Part shown: piece after piece, positions 38,809 to 49,799 of the stretch
How positions within the stretch are numbered: position 1 is the stretch's first letter
Layout of the letters: each line of letters begins with the position of its first letter
Assembly: GCA_048628825.1 (NCBI GenBank)
Contig: CM109626.1
Location: 17,085,077-17,149,076, forward strand
Direction of reading: 5' to 3'
Length of the DNA stretch: 64,000 nt
Origin: Menidia menidia
Lineage: Eukaryota
Notes under the pieces: generated by a model
What the model was told of the DNA's origin: nothing
Databases searched by the model: none
Seen by the model: only the letters and a program-made list of their open reading frames with translations
Position numbers and translations under genes: made by a program

Positions 38809-40499
38809 ACAAAGTTGAGACGTTCAGGAAACAACTGTTTGTCTCCAGCAGAAAAGGTCACGCGCTTTGTTTGCTGCGTTGTCAGGACAGAACATCACTT
38901 AGTCAATTTCACCCCTAATCCACTTACAGCAGATCCGTGGGTCCAAACACAAGACGAGCTCTGTTGGCAAACCACCCCGGTGTGTATGAGCCAGAGCTGA
39001 TGCCAGTTAAGCTGATATTCAAGCAGTGGCCTTTCAAACTTTCTCTGAGTTATTTACAAACAGTAAAGATGTCATACATTAATTTTTTTTCGAAAAAGAA
39101 CTAAATGAAAAAGCATTCATCCCTTCAAATTCTGTGATTTTTAAAAAATCAGACGGACCAAACCATTTAACAAACAGAAAGGCTTGGACACAGTCTCTCA
39201 CTTAAAGGAAAAAACTTTGGGACCTCAAAGTAACACATAAAACAGTCAGATCAATTCTGTCATGTTCTGAAAAAGCCAAAAGGGAAATGGTGAGTACATT
39301 CCCCCTCGGTTTGGAGGGCATGTGAAAGTGCGAAAGCTGTTTTGACTCGTGCAGAGGTTCATTCATTGACAGTCAGGGTGGGTGTGCCACCTACCACACC
39401 CTGCTCCAACCACACTCTACACAGCAGCCTTTTAATCACAAACTAACCAAAAAAAGCAGATATCTAGGAGAAACAGCAGTTTCCTTCATTCTAAACTCCA
39501 GAAATGAAGCACACACAAGTCCAAAAAAGAGTCAAACTTTCCCTTCCAACACATCCAGGGATGACTGAAGCCTGGAACCAGCTGAATATGTAAAGTCTTC
39601 CTTCCACACGAATGAAGATTTTCCACATTTCACACTGCTCTATGACTTCCTCAGTCGAGTTTTCTCTACAGGTAAACAGCATGCAACAAGTCTCCACCTC
39701 TAATAAACTTAAAAACACTTGATGACCAGAGTTTAAACCAGATGTTGCCTACCTTGCTGTTCGCTGTTCAGCAGAGCATCCAGCCTTAAAGAATCGCGGA
39801 TTGCAGCTCCTCGGCCCCCTGACTGGATTTACAACCACCCAGAAATAACGGCTCCCCGCCCAGAAACCCATATTAGGCATTAACGTGCTGCACCGTTACT
39901 CACATCTCACTGAGCTCCACCTCCTCCATCCTGCTCTCGGTCGAAGCCACTTCTGCCCACACCCATGGTGGACAAGTAAGTCCCCCGTAGACAAAGATAT
40001 ATATATTTTTATTTTTTATTTTTTTTGCATCGTAACAGCACATTACAGTCATGTTGTTGCATTAAACTGCAAATCATCACATCGTTTCATTTGTTTAATT
40101 AAAATTAAACGTAAATGATCGACAGACTGTACACTCAGATTATTTGTATATACGTTGCCGGGCAACGGCAGCAGTAGCCCTTGGCAACCACACGTATTTA
40201 CTTAGAGTTTCAAAAATGACACACTTCCTGGCCTAGAGGGAAAGAAATCAAACTTCAAGTGCACACACTTAGCGTTATCTTCTTCAAATATAAATATTCG
40301 TATTTTCTCATGGTAAGTCAGAAGAAAACAGCTATTATATGACAGCAGGAGAGCAGGCTGTATTGCAGATGTCCTATAATTTGAAACATGAAGTAGTCTG
40401 TTGTTGTGCATCATCCTGTAATTATGTCGTGCGTTTAATAGGTCCTGCAACAGTTTAACAATTCAGTTAATGTCAACACTTTTTTTTACTCCCAAGCTT

Positions 40500-43040
40500 C
40501 AACTAACCAAGGTCAGATAACAGATAGATGAGAACAGAAAAATATATTTAAAAATGGAAGGTTTGGCATAAATCCTTAGTTCATTAATACTTTCTAAATC
40601 CAAGAAGGAACATGTTGACTTATGTTTAGATTTGATCTGCAGAACGGAAATGGCACAAATCAAAAAATCCAGATGATCTAACAAAATTTCAGGCACTGCT
40701 GTCTGCATTCTCTTTAAGCATGACTGATGCAAAAAAGACTTTCTATACTGATAAGATTCACAGTACAACCGACACTCGAAAATTATTCTCCATCTTCAAA
40801 AATCTGCTTAACCCTCCTCCTCCGCCACCTGTTACTAGCTTAACGGCAGACTCGTTCGCCTCATTTTTTACTGACAAAGTGGCAGCTATAAGCAAACAGT
40901 TTACTGAACGGCTTGCACATGAAACTTCTCATAGTACATATACAAGCAGAAGTCCTACTGCTTTTTTCTCCTCCTTCGCTCCCCTCACTGAGAGCAATGT
41001 GTCCAAACTTCTCACATGTAGCCGTCCTACTACATGCCTGCTGGACCCAGTTCCTACAAACCTACTCCAGTCCATAGCTCCTACAGTTACTGCAGCAGTC
41101 ACACATGTGATCAATGCTTCGCTGACAACTGGCACATTTCCTAACTCATACAAGCAAGCTTTGGTCACACCGCTGCTCAAAAAACCCTCTCTCCCACCAA
41201 CTCAGGTGGAAAACTATCGGCCGGTTTCTCTGCTTCCATTTCTGTCAAAGACCATTGAAAGGGCAGTCTTTAAGCAGGTCACAGACTACCTCTCACAAAA
41301 CAATCTCCTTGATACAAATCAATCTGGGTTTAAAAGTGGCCACTCCACTGAAACGGCTCTGTTGTCTGTGACAGAAGCCCTAAAAGAGGCAAGGGCAAAT
41401 GCCAAGTCCTCAGTACTTATCCTTCTTGACTTATCAGCCGCATTTGACACAGTCAATCATGACATCCTTCTGTCTATACTCTCGAGTATGGGCATCACAG
41501 GGAGAGCACACTCCTGGTTTGAGTCGTACCTCACTGGTCGATCATTTAAAGTATCCTGGCTTGGTCACACTTCTGCAGTGCACCACCTCGCCACAGGGGT
41601 TCCTCAAGGTTCAGTACTTGGACCTCTTCTCTTTGCTATATATACCACTTCCTTGGCCCAGATCATTCAATCACATGGTTTCTCCTACCACTGCTATGCT
41701 GATGATACACAGCTCTATCTGTCATTCCCACCTGATGACCACTCGGTCTCAGCACGCATCTCAGACTGTCTCTCTGACATATCAAAATGGATGAAAGCCC
41801 ACCACCTCCAGCTGAATCTCTCAAAAACTGAACTGCTTGTCTTTCCAGCCAAACCAACTATTCACCACAATATTCACATCCAAACTGAATCCCTCTCTCT
41901 GACTCCATCAAAGGCAGCAAGAAACTTGGGTGTCATGATTGATGACCAGCTGACCTTTAAAGATCACGTTGCCTCTGTTTCTCGATCCTGTCGCTTCGCA
42001 TTACTAAACATAAGAAAGATCCGGCCGTACCTAACACAACATGCTACCCAGCTCCTGGTGCAGTCTATGGTCATCTCCCGCCTAGACTATTGCAACGCAC
42101 TCCTGACTGGTCTCCCGGCCTGTACGGTAAAACCTTTACAAATGATCCAGAACGCGGCGGCGCGCCTGGTCTTCAATCTGCCCAAAAAATCTCACGTCAC
42201 CCCTCTGTTCATTGAACTCCACTGGTTACCTCTGGCTGCCCGTATCAAATTCAAGTCCCTGATGCTAGCCTACAAAGTGCTTAAGGGTATGGCTCCCATC
42301 TACTTGAATCCCCTTGCAAAGGCTTATGTCACAACTCGATCACTCCGGTCATCAATGGATTGTCCTCTAGCAGTGCCTTCACCACGCTTAAGACAATCCA
42401 GACTGTTTAATGTGTCGTTCCAAGATGGTGGAACGACCTACCAAGCTCCACAAGAACAGCAGAGTCCCTGTCTGTTTTCAAGAAACTCTTGAAGACCCAC
42501 CTCTTCAAAGAGCATCTCCTATCCTAACCCTAACCCGTACCTCTACCCCCCCACAGCTCCTTCTGTAGCCCCTCTACCTCTATCTCTATCTCACCACTGA
42601 CTCTGATCAGTGTTTCTGTTCTATATAGTTTATTGTCATTGTGATGAGAAATGTAATATTGTGTCTACTCTGTAAGTCGCTTTGGATAAAAGCGTCTGCC
42701 AAATGCATAAACATAAACATAACATAAACATAGATTTTCCATTAGATTTTTACTTTATCTGTGACGTTCATGTAAATTACAAACCGTTTTGTTTATTTTA
42801 AGAATGGTGCTGCGACACTGAGCTCATGTATTATCTATATGGTTATATTCTTTATACTTCTGGAAGGCTTTTAATGCCCTGCAGCGCTGCACCACTACAG
42901 CATTTTTAGTTGTTTCTGTATGTTTTGTATGTCTTTTTTGTATTGTTTTATGGCTTTGTTGTAAAGCACTTTGAGTACCATTTGGGTATTGTAAAGGGCT
43001 ATACAAATAAAATTGATTGATTGATTGATTGATTGATACT
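40500..43040 (+). mobile_element. 5'-truncated non-LTR retrotransposon of the L2 clade. It has a 590-aa reverse-transcriptase ORF (40720-42492), a 3' tail carrying the conserved teleost LINE/SINE tail motif and a terminal (GATT)n
   Basis: Reverse-transcriptase motifs are present (LLDLSAAFDTVNH, GVPQGSVLGPLLF, YADDTQLY). No endonuclease domain lies upstream. The tail tgtaagtcgctttggataaaagcgtctgccaaatg at about 42670 is shared by fish L2-type LINEs and their partner SINEs. (gattgatt)n lies at 43013-43040. Confidence 0.8.
43013..43040. repeat. (GATT)n microsatellite forming the 3' end of the L2-type LINE
   Basis: attgattgattgattgattgattgata. Confidence 0.85.
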
Positions 43041-44589
43041 CCCAAATTCCTCTTCACTCTATGACTCACAGAGTTATGATCACATTTCAGTAGAATTCGC
43101 ATGAATCAGGAGCTGGTCCATTCATGTCAGAGGTTACTGACCAATAAGACTTGGTTGTGCCATGTCCAGCCTTCCTAAAGCACAGAGCAGGTCCATCCCA
43201 AAACAACAAATGTCCATCACATCCAGAAATCTAGGCTTTTTCTGATGGAGATCCTCAAAGAGCTTTGTCAAGTGGAGCCCAGCGCAGAATTATTTTACCT
43301 GTGACCTACATAAATGACACATTTTTACTCATTTATTTATTATCATTATTCATTATTGAGAATAATAAATAATTAATTTATTCTCAGGCATCCAAAAAAG
43401 GAATATGGCTAACAAACATTAGAGTACAAATCATTATCAAAAAGATGCTGTTGCTAAAGAAAACAAAACATCTGAAAATAACTGAGTAACATGTTCAGGG
43501 TTTAAAAAAGTAGAGAGCATCTGGTGGATTTTTTCAGAGGTGGCTGTAATTTGGCTAGGGTGTTGTTTTGAAACTAAGCAACAAAGCGGATGAGTGCACA
43601 AGCAGCATAGACAGTCACAGAAGGGACAGGTCCAAATCTGACAGTTCAACATCTGCAGTACAGAGACACAATTCACCATTCAACAGGCACTGAAACCCCC
43701 TTCCACCCCAAACCCTCACCTCACATCAGAAATTAGTTTAGATTTTTTTATATTTTCAAAATGTTCTTGATTTGAAGGTCTTATTCCAGATTTAGAGGGC
43801 CATGTTAGCCAACATTAGCTGACAGTAAGCAAACAGTTAGCTAACCGGTATCTAGCAGATGACATCTTTCCTGTTGCCATGGTAATGCATCACAACAGAC
43901 TAATCAGATCTGCTGATAGAGGTCCTTTCAGCAGCACCGGAAAACATTAAAAATGTTTCAGAAAACTGGTTTTCACAGAAAGAAATCACACTAGAAAATC
44001 TAAATGGATGGATGAACACTTATCTACAGATGCTGTTGGAACAGAGTGCACTGATCAACTAAAGCTTTTTCGTATTTAATTTTTTTAATACTGTGTTTTT
44101 ATGTAAATAGTTGTTGGAAAAGAGTATAAAGTAATGTAAGAAGAAAAAGAATAAGTACATGAAAGGAGGAGACTTTCACTGAATGGGCAACAATAGTAAA
44201 GTGACCATCATTTCTGGACTTCCAAGTATTTCCATCTGCTCATAAGACAGTTTACAGGCCTCTATCTAGGCTTTTCTGTTCAGTATAGACACCATTAAAA
44301 TACTTTATATTAAAATCATATTCATGATTAATCATAGGTCATATCTAATTGAACATATTTCATATCATAATGAGCAAACAATGCTTATAAATATACATTT
44401 TAAAATAACTTTTGTAATAATCATAACTTCAATGAATCGCAAAGAATTTTAAATTTAGCGGATATTTTTCGTAAAAGTACAAATTAAATATATTAACAAT
44501 TAGCGAAAAAATAAACAGAATGAATCAACTTCTGTAAAGATGACAAAAGGGAAACACCTCACGGCTTCGGCCACTAGATGGCGCCATGT

Positions 44590-44697
44590 GAGTCCGTTCG
44601 ACCGAAGGCCGTGACGTAGATGAGTCGTCGACAGTTTTACAGCAGAAACGTCAATATTCTGAGACCTTCGGTTGGTGGCTGCAGTTTGGAGAACATC
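44590..44697 (+). promoter_or_regulatory. pex19: Putative pex19 core promoter with a YY1/CTCF-like motif GGCCACTAGATGGCGCCATG at about 44593-44612 and a CRE-like TGACGTAG at about 44620
   Basis: The motifs were read directly, about 80-100 bp upstream of the pex19 ATG in a CpG-containing segment. Confidence 0.35.
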
Positions 44698-44761
44698 ATG
44701 GCGTCAGGAAAAGAGGATTCGTCCGGTGGACACGACGCCGAACTGGACGAACTGTTGGACA
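44698..44761 (+). CDS. pex19: pex19 coding exon 1
   Basis: MASGKEDSSGGHDAELDELLD matches human ...ADRELEELLES. The donor is A|GTGAGT. Confidence 0.8.
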
Positions 44762-44984
44762 GTGAGTGTTGGCACTAGGGTTGACCGGAGGCGACATTTT
44801 GGCAGAGTCTTGCGGTATCTTCTGGTGTTAAACTTGACGGTGTCAGTCGCTTTGTTTAACCGTGTCAGCGGTTCAGGTGCTCGGTGGGACCTCCGGTGAA
44901 GCAACGTCCGTTGCTGACCGTGGACCGTCAGTCGAAAGGCTGCTCGTGACATTTGGAATTTGAAAAAAAAGAAGAAAATATTAA

Positions 44985-46312
44985 CCCTCCTGTTATGTTC
45001 ATTTTTTAGGAACAGCAATGCTGTTCCCGGGTCAGTTTGACCCGGTGCATGTTTAATTATCCAAAAGATGTCTGAAACCCAAAAAATCCTAACAAGCATT
45101 GTTAATATTTCATTACTAACTTCATTACTAACAATTCTATCAATATTTAGTGCAATGGTCTTTCTTACCTCTAACAGGCAATGATCCAATTATGATAATT
45201 CACTCGTTTTCTTTTTTTTTAAACTGCATGTTCAAACTTTTTTTAATGTTTCTCCACTTTATTACTTTTGAAAGACCAACATATAAAACACAATAGTTTT
45301 ACACAACATTGAAACTAAATTTAAGATTGAGGGGCCCTGTCCTTGATTACCAGCAGCTCAGCAGGGAGATCAGCCCTGTTCTTTCGGACAGTTCTGACCA
45401 TTGTGAGCTTTTTCTTTAGAAGCTCCTGACCTAAGTTGTAGTTTGTGAAAAAATGGTCACAGGTTATGTTCTGTCCCCTGAGACCCTGTGCCATATGGAG
45501 CACAACACTTGTGCCCTGATTCTTCTCTGGGGCTCCTCCAACCGGCTTTCCAGTGTAAACCTGCATGTTCAATGCATAGCTGGTGTTTGCTTCATATGCT
45601 GCCCAGATTTAGCTGGTTTGAAAGGCATGTATTGCCTAAATGGGCAGCGACCTCTGAATGCCACCAGCCTTTCATCCACTGTGACATTAGGGCCTGGGTT
45701 ATAGAGTAGTGGACGTTGCTCTACCCACTTGTCCCACACTGTCCCAATAGCTGCCAGCTCGTCTCTCTCCCGTCAACCAGCCCTTGTCTCTTGATTATCA
45801 AATTGGATTACTCTGGAGAAAATGTGAAATGTCTCAAGAGACATTGTGGCTCAAAATATAGCCCTGCCTGTCTCTGCATCCCACAGACTGGCTGTCGATT
45901 CATCCTTAGACTTACAGACCCCAGCCAGGACGAGGAACCCCAAATACGCATCTAAACGCCTTTTGTCCGGCTCCTTCCACTTCTCCCCAAAAACACGCCT
46001 CCCTTCAAGATTAGTCAGTTCCCAAATGATTTTCTGCATTGAATCTGGCATGACCAGCTCAAAAGCTGACTTGATGTCAGTCACATGAGTCACTGCCATC
46101 TTAGTGGGCCCTGGCACTGTCTTTATGATGTTTTCTGCAGACAGTTTTGCCTTACGCATATTTGGGGATGAAGACCACTGTATTTCACCATTTTTTTACA
46201 TGAATGCCATGTTTGGAGGAATAGGAATAGCAATTCCATCATCAGGTTCAAAATCATAATCATTAGAATCAGAATTTAGCTCAAGATAGTCTTCATCTTC
46301 AGACACATCCTC

Positions 46313-46351
<39 letters not shown>

Positions 46352-46694
46352 TGTGTGTGTATAGGTGTGTGTGTGTGTGTGTATGTGTGTGTGTGAGTGA
46401 GATTGGGGTTAAACATGTCTCACAGTTGCAAAGAAAGAAATAGTCTGACATTTCTGACACCATTTTACCTCCAGTTTGACTGCTGGGTCAAATTGACCCG
46501 AACAGTATCTATGTGATATAAACATGCAGGGGGTGGTTCCAAATATGTGAGATGAACCATTTTCATATTATATGTTGATTACACTATTTAAGGCAAGCAG
46601 AAGAAGTTTCATACTAAAAAAATATTTTTAACTATTTTTCCCAGATCTTCAAACTTTAAAACGGGTCAATTTGACCCGCAACATAACAGGAGGG
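44985..46694 (-). mobile_element. Decayed piggyBac-superfamily DNA transposon of about 1.7 kb in pex19 intron 1. It has perfect 15-bp TIRs (CCCTCCTGTTATGTT), TTAA target-site duplications at 44981-84 and 46695-98, and frame-shifted transposase remnants on the minus strand
   Basis: The TIR and TSD were read directly. The remnants ...GPTKMAVTHVTDIKSAFELVMPDSMQKIIWELTNLEGRR...LGFLVLAGVCKSKDESTASLWD and ...NITCDHFFTNYNLGQELLKKKLTMVRTVRKNRADLPAEL match piggyBac transposase (GPTRMC...IVKWTNAEISLKRRE...FGILVMTAVRKDNHMSTDDLFD and NITCDNWFTSIPLAKNLL...GTVRSNKREIPEVL). Subterminal gggtcaaattgaccc palindromes are present. Confidence 0.75.
46318..46400. repeat. (GT)n microsatellite inside the piggyBac-like element
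   Basis: gtgtgtgtgtgtgtgtgtgtgtgtatgtgtgtgtgtgtgt... Confidence 0.9.
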
Positions 46695-47411
46695 TTAATG
46701 ATTATAACGCAAAGATGACAGTTCCTGTTGAACATTGACAGGTTTATGCACGCTTACTAAATAAGCTTTCTAACTCAACCTTTTTTCTTTTAAAATTAAT
46801 TCGAAATACGTGTTCGTGAGTATTTTGCTGCTTTAGAAAGGACTGGAAGCCACATTTTCCGAAGAAATGTATCTAGGCTCAATGTGTTGTAACTTTACAA
46901 TTCACATTAGTTGAAAACTTCATTTGAAAATGTTCAGAGGATTCACCTTCCAGTGAACACAAAGCTTCACAGTGCTGCTGAAAGATACAGATGTAGCGAT
47001 CAGTGTTGTTAGGGTATTAAACTGGATACAGACACCATTCAGAAACACACGAAGGAAGGCAGATTAATTTAGGGGAACACACTTTTCTTATTAAACAAAA
47101 ATCTAGTTTGTAAATACACTGGCACAAAGATGAGCAGCTAAACTCTGTATTGACTGTCTCGTATCCCATCATATGAACCACCTCCTTCACAAAAAAAAAG
47201 TAGCTTTTTGTCGCTAAAACGTGTCAAAACGGAACATTTGTCAGTGTTGAATTGTGCGGTGACTTTGCTTATTCAGTGGACCCATCCGTTGCATTAGTCA
47301 GGTCGAGGAACCAAACTAGTTATCCCCACTAATGTGGTTTTTGGAGAAATATTGCAACAAGACATGCATGTCTTTCTGGCTCAGGTCAAAGGTCATCTCT
47401 CTTTTCTTCAG

Positions 47412-47500
47412 GTGCTTTGGACGACTTCGACAAAGCGTCTGCTCCTCCAGCACCTGAACCTGCAGCTGCTTCCTCCTCTGCCAGCGCCAGCTCAGAGAAG
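47412..47500 (+). CDS. pex19: pex19 coding exon 2
   Basis: SALDDFDKASAPPAPEPAAASSSASASSEK matches human SALDDFDKAKPSPAPP.... Confidence 0.85.
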
Positions 47501-47880
47501 GTCGGCCTTTCTCTCCTGTCTGGATTGCACTTGTGTTCTTTCATCAGGTTGCAAAATATTTCACAGTCAGCTGGTCGCAAGATGTTTTGGAATCAGGCGA
47601 TTTGTCAGGCTTCAGTTGAATAATTCATTTGCTTTTCTATTTCCTTTTTTTTGGAACTCTGGATATAGTTTGGTTGTTGCAGAGCGAATCTCGTTAATGT
47701 TCATGTTGTTCTTTAGTTTGTTCGATCCAGAATGTGTGGGAAGTTTACTTGAAAGGAAAATAGTTTTATCCATTATTTCAAGTTTGAAGTACGAGAACTA
47801 CCACAACAAGCCGGAAATTAAATTAAAAAAGGTTTCTGTGTTCTTGCTTCTATCACCACCTGTAGCCCCCCCCGCTAGAG

Positions 47881-48028
47881 GACAGCAAACTCTTTGAGAG
47901 TCTGTTTGAAGGGGACATGGCTTCCCAGGCCAGGGAGGAGTGGGAGAAGGCCATGACAGAGCTGGCCCAAGAGGAGCCAGAACTGCTTCAGCACTTTCAA
48001 AAACTATCAGAGGCTGCAGGAAAAGTTG
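47881..48028 (+). CDS. pex19: pex19 coding exon 3
   Basis: DSKLFESLFEGDMASQAREEWEKAMTELAQEEPELLQHFQKLSEAAGKVG matches human ...FQELFDSELASQATAEFEKAMKELAEEEPHLVEQFQKLSEAAGRVG. Confidence 0.85.
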
Positions 48029-48110
48029 GTAAGAGCCACATCATTTAATTTTGAACAGGAGAAATTCTTTGTCTCACTCTGAAATTCTTGTGCTTCCATT
48101 TTCTCAACAG

Positions 48111-48196
48111 GTACCGACACTGCCTCCCAACAAGAGTTCACTTCCTGTCTTAAAGATACCCTTCGTGGCCTTGCAAAAAATGCGGACAACCTGCAG
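48111..48196 (+). CDS. pex19: pex19 coding exon 4
   Basis: TDTASQQEFTSCLKDTLRGLAKNADNLQ matches human SDMTSQQEFTSCLKETLSGLAKNATDLQ. Confidence 0.9.
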
Positions 48197-48271
48197 GTAG
48201 GTCACATCTGCAGTTGTTTTGAAGCTATAAGATGAGAGTGATAACTAACTACCTGAGTTCTGTCCTGTCAG

Positions 48272-48445
48272 TCCACTGGACTCGCTGGAGATGACCTGGT
48301 AAAAACACTTGAAGGCTTGGGGTTGGATGAAGGCAGCGAAGGAGGTGGGGAGGATGGCAACATCCTGCCCATCATGCAGTCCATCATGCAGAACCTTCTC
48401 TCAAAGGAAGTGCTTTATCCATCTCTCAAAGAGATCACCACCAAG
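48272..48445 (+). CDS. pex19: pex19 coding exon 5
   Basis: ...GNILPIMQSIMQNLLSKEVLYPSLKEITTK is near-identical to human GNILPIMQSIMQNLLSKDVLYPSLKEITEK. Confidence 0.9.
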
Positions 48446-48522
48446 GTGAGTCTCTGTTTCCACAGTTGACACAACTCAGGGTCCTTTTTAGTGCATGTAG
48501 TAACGGGAACTTACCTTCACAG

Positions 48523-48693
48523 TACCCAGAGTGGCTGGACGCCAATAAGCCAAGCCTCAGCACAGAGGACTACCAGCGCTACGAGCAGCAGGCCAAAATT
48601 ATGGGAGAGATCTGTAAGCTGTTTGAGAAAGAAGACGAGCGGGCCGAAGATAAGGAGAGAACATTTGAGAGTGTCATGGACCTGATGCAAAAG
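48523..48693 (+). CDS. pex19: pex19 coding exon 6
   Basis: YPEWLDANKPSLSTEDYQRYEQQAKIMGEICKLFE...FESVMDLMQK matches human YPEWLQSHRESLPPEQFEKYQEQHSVMCKICEQFE...FEMVLDLMQQ. Confidence 0.85.
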
Positions 48694-49121
48694 GTGACAC
48701 ATTAAAACACTTCCATTAAACAGATGGTGTTTTTCCTAAGTAGTAAGTTAAATATTTTGTCATATTTGCTTAGTGAACCCTAAATTATTTTTTGATATCT
48801 GACCAGATTTGGCAGAGCTGAACAGAAATCTGCTCACTAGTGAGAAATACTATGCAAAATACTTTTTGCATGGCTGGCTCCTGTTTTGATATCTGTCCAT
48901 AGGGGGAAATTGATGTTAAATCAGCATTTAAAACTATCTTTCTTTTTTTTCCCACAAATGTGATCAATAAATGTATTACATTTGTAGATGGGTTGTAACT
49001 CAGGTTGAATAGAGGTGGTAGGTAATTTCTGTGTATGACATGAAAGAGAAACACGCGGAGACTTTCCTTTTCAATGAAAAAACACTAAAACTGATCATTC
49101 ATACAGATGTTTTATTTACAG

Positions 49122-49166
49122 CTGCAAGACCTTGGCCAGCCACCCAAAGAGTTGGCAGGGGATACT
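49122..49166 (+). CDS. pex19: pex19 coding exon 7
   Basis: LQDLGQPPKELAGDT matches human LQDLGHPPKELAGEM. Confidence 0.8.
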
Positions 49167-49712
49167 GTAAGTCCCATCGCTACATTCGTTTCTATGAAGT
49201 GTGCAAAACCAGTGCTATATTTTCAGATTTGATGTAGAACCGACGTTCTTTCTGCAGTATTTGTAAATATTGAGATGTTTCTGATGTCCACATGAATCAC
49301 AGCGATGCAGCTTACATTACTTTTCTCTAATTAATTCAGAAAAGCTCAAACCGTTGTGGTGTGTAACAATTTTAACAGCCAAATGAAAACTAACAAGATT
49401 GCAAGCTGGTTTTCTTTTTTTAATTTTTGTTATTTGAACTTTATAAAAATGAATACATATGAATCTGAAGCATCTTTGTCTCCATTCATCCATTAAATGG
49501 TGTTTTAAAAGGATGAGTCCTTAATGTCAGACATTACAAATATAGCTGATGGCAAAGTAAATTCATTAATGAGTCAAACTGCTTCATAATGACGAATTGT
49601 ATCCTTTATTCAGACTGAGTAGAATTATTTGGTAGCAGAGTTGTGGGGGAGTCAAAGTATTTTAAATGCTTTCTTCAGGACTGAATTCTCCCCCTTTCCT
49701 CTTCCCCTCCAG

Positions 49713-49799
49713 CCTCCCGGCTTTAACTTTGACATGGAGTCTCTGAACCTCCCCGGAGGCCCTGGGGCCGGGGCAGCAGAGCAGTGCTCCGTCATGTGA
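49713..49799 (+). CDS. pex19: pex19 terminal coding exon with the C-terminal farnesylation CAAX box (CSVM*)
   Basis: PPGFNFDMESLNLPGGPGAGAAEQCSVM* matches human PPGLNFDLDALNLSGPPGASGEQCLIM*. The summed CDS is 864 nt, or 288 codons. Confidence 0.85.
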   Translation, partial: PPGFNFDMESLNLPGGPGAGAAEQCSVM

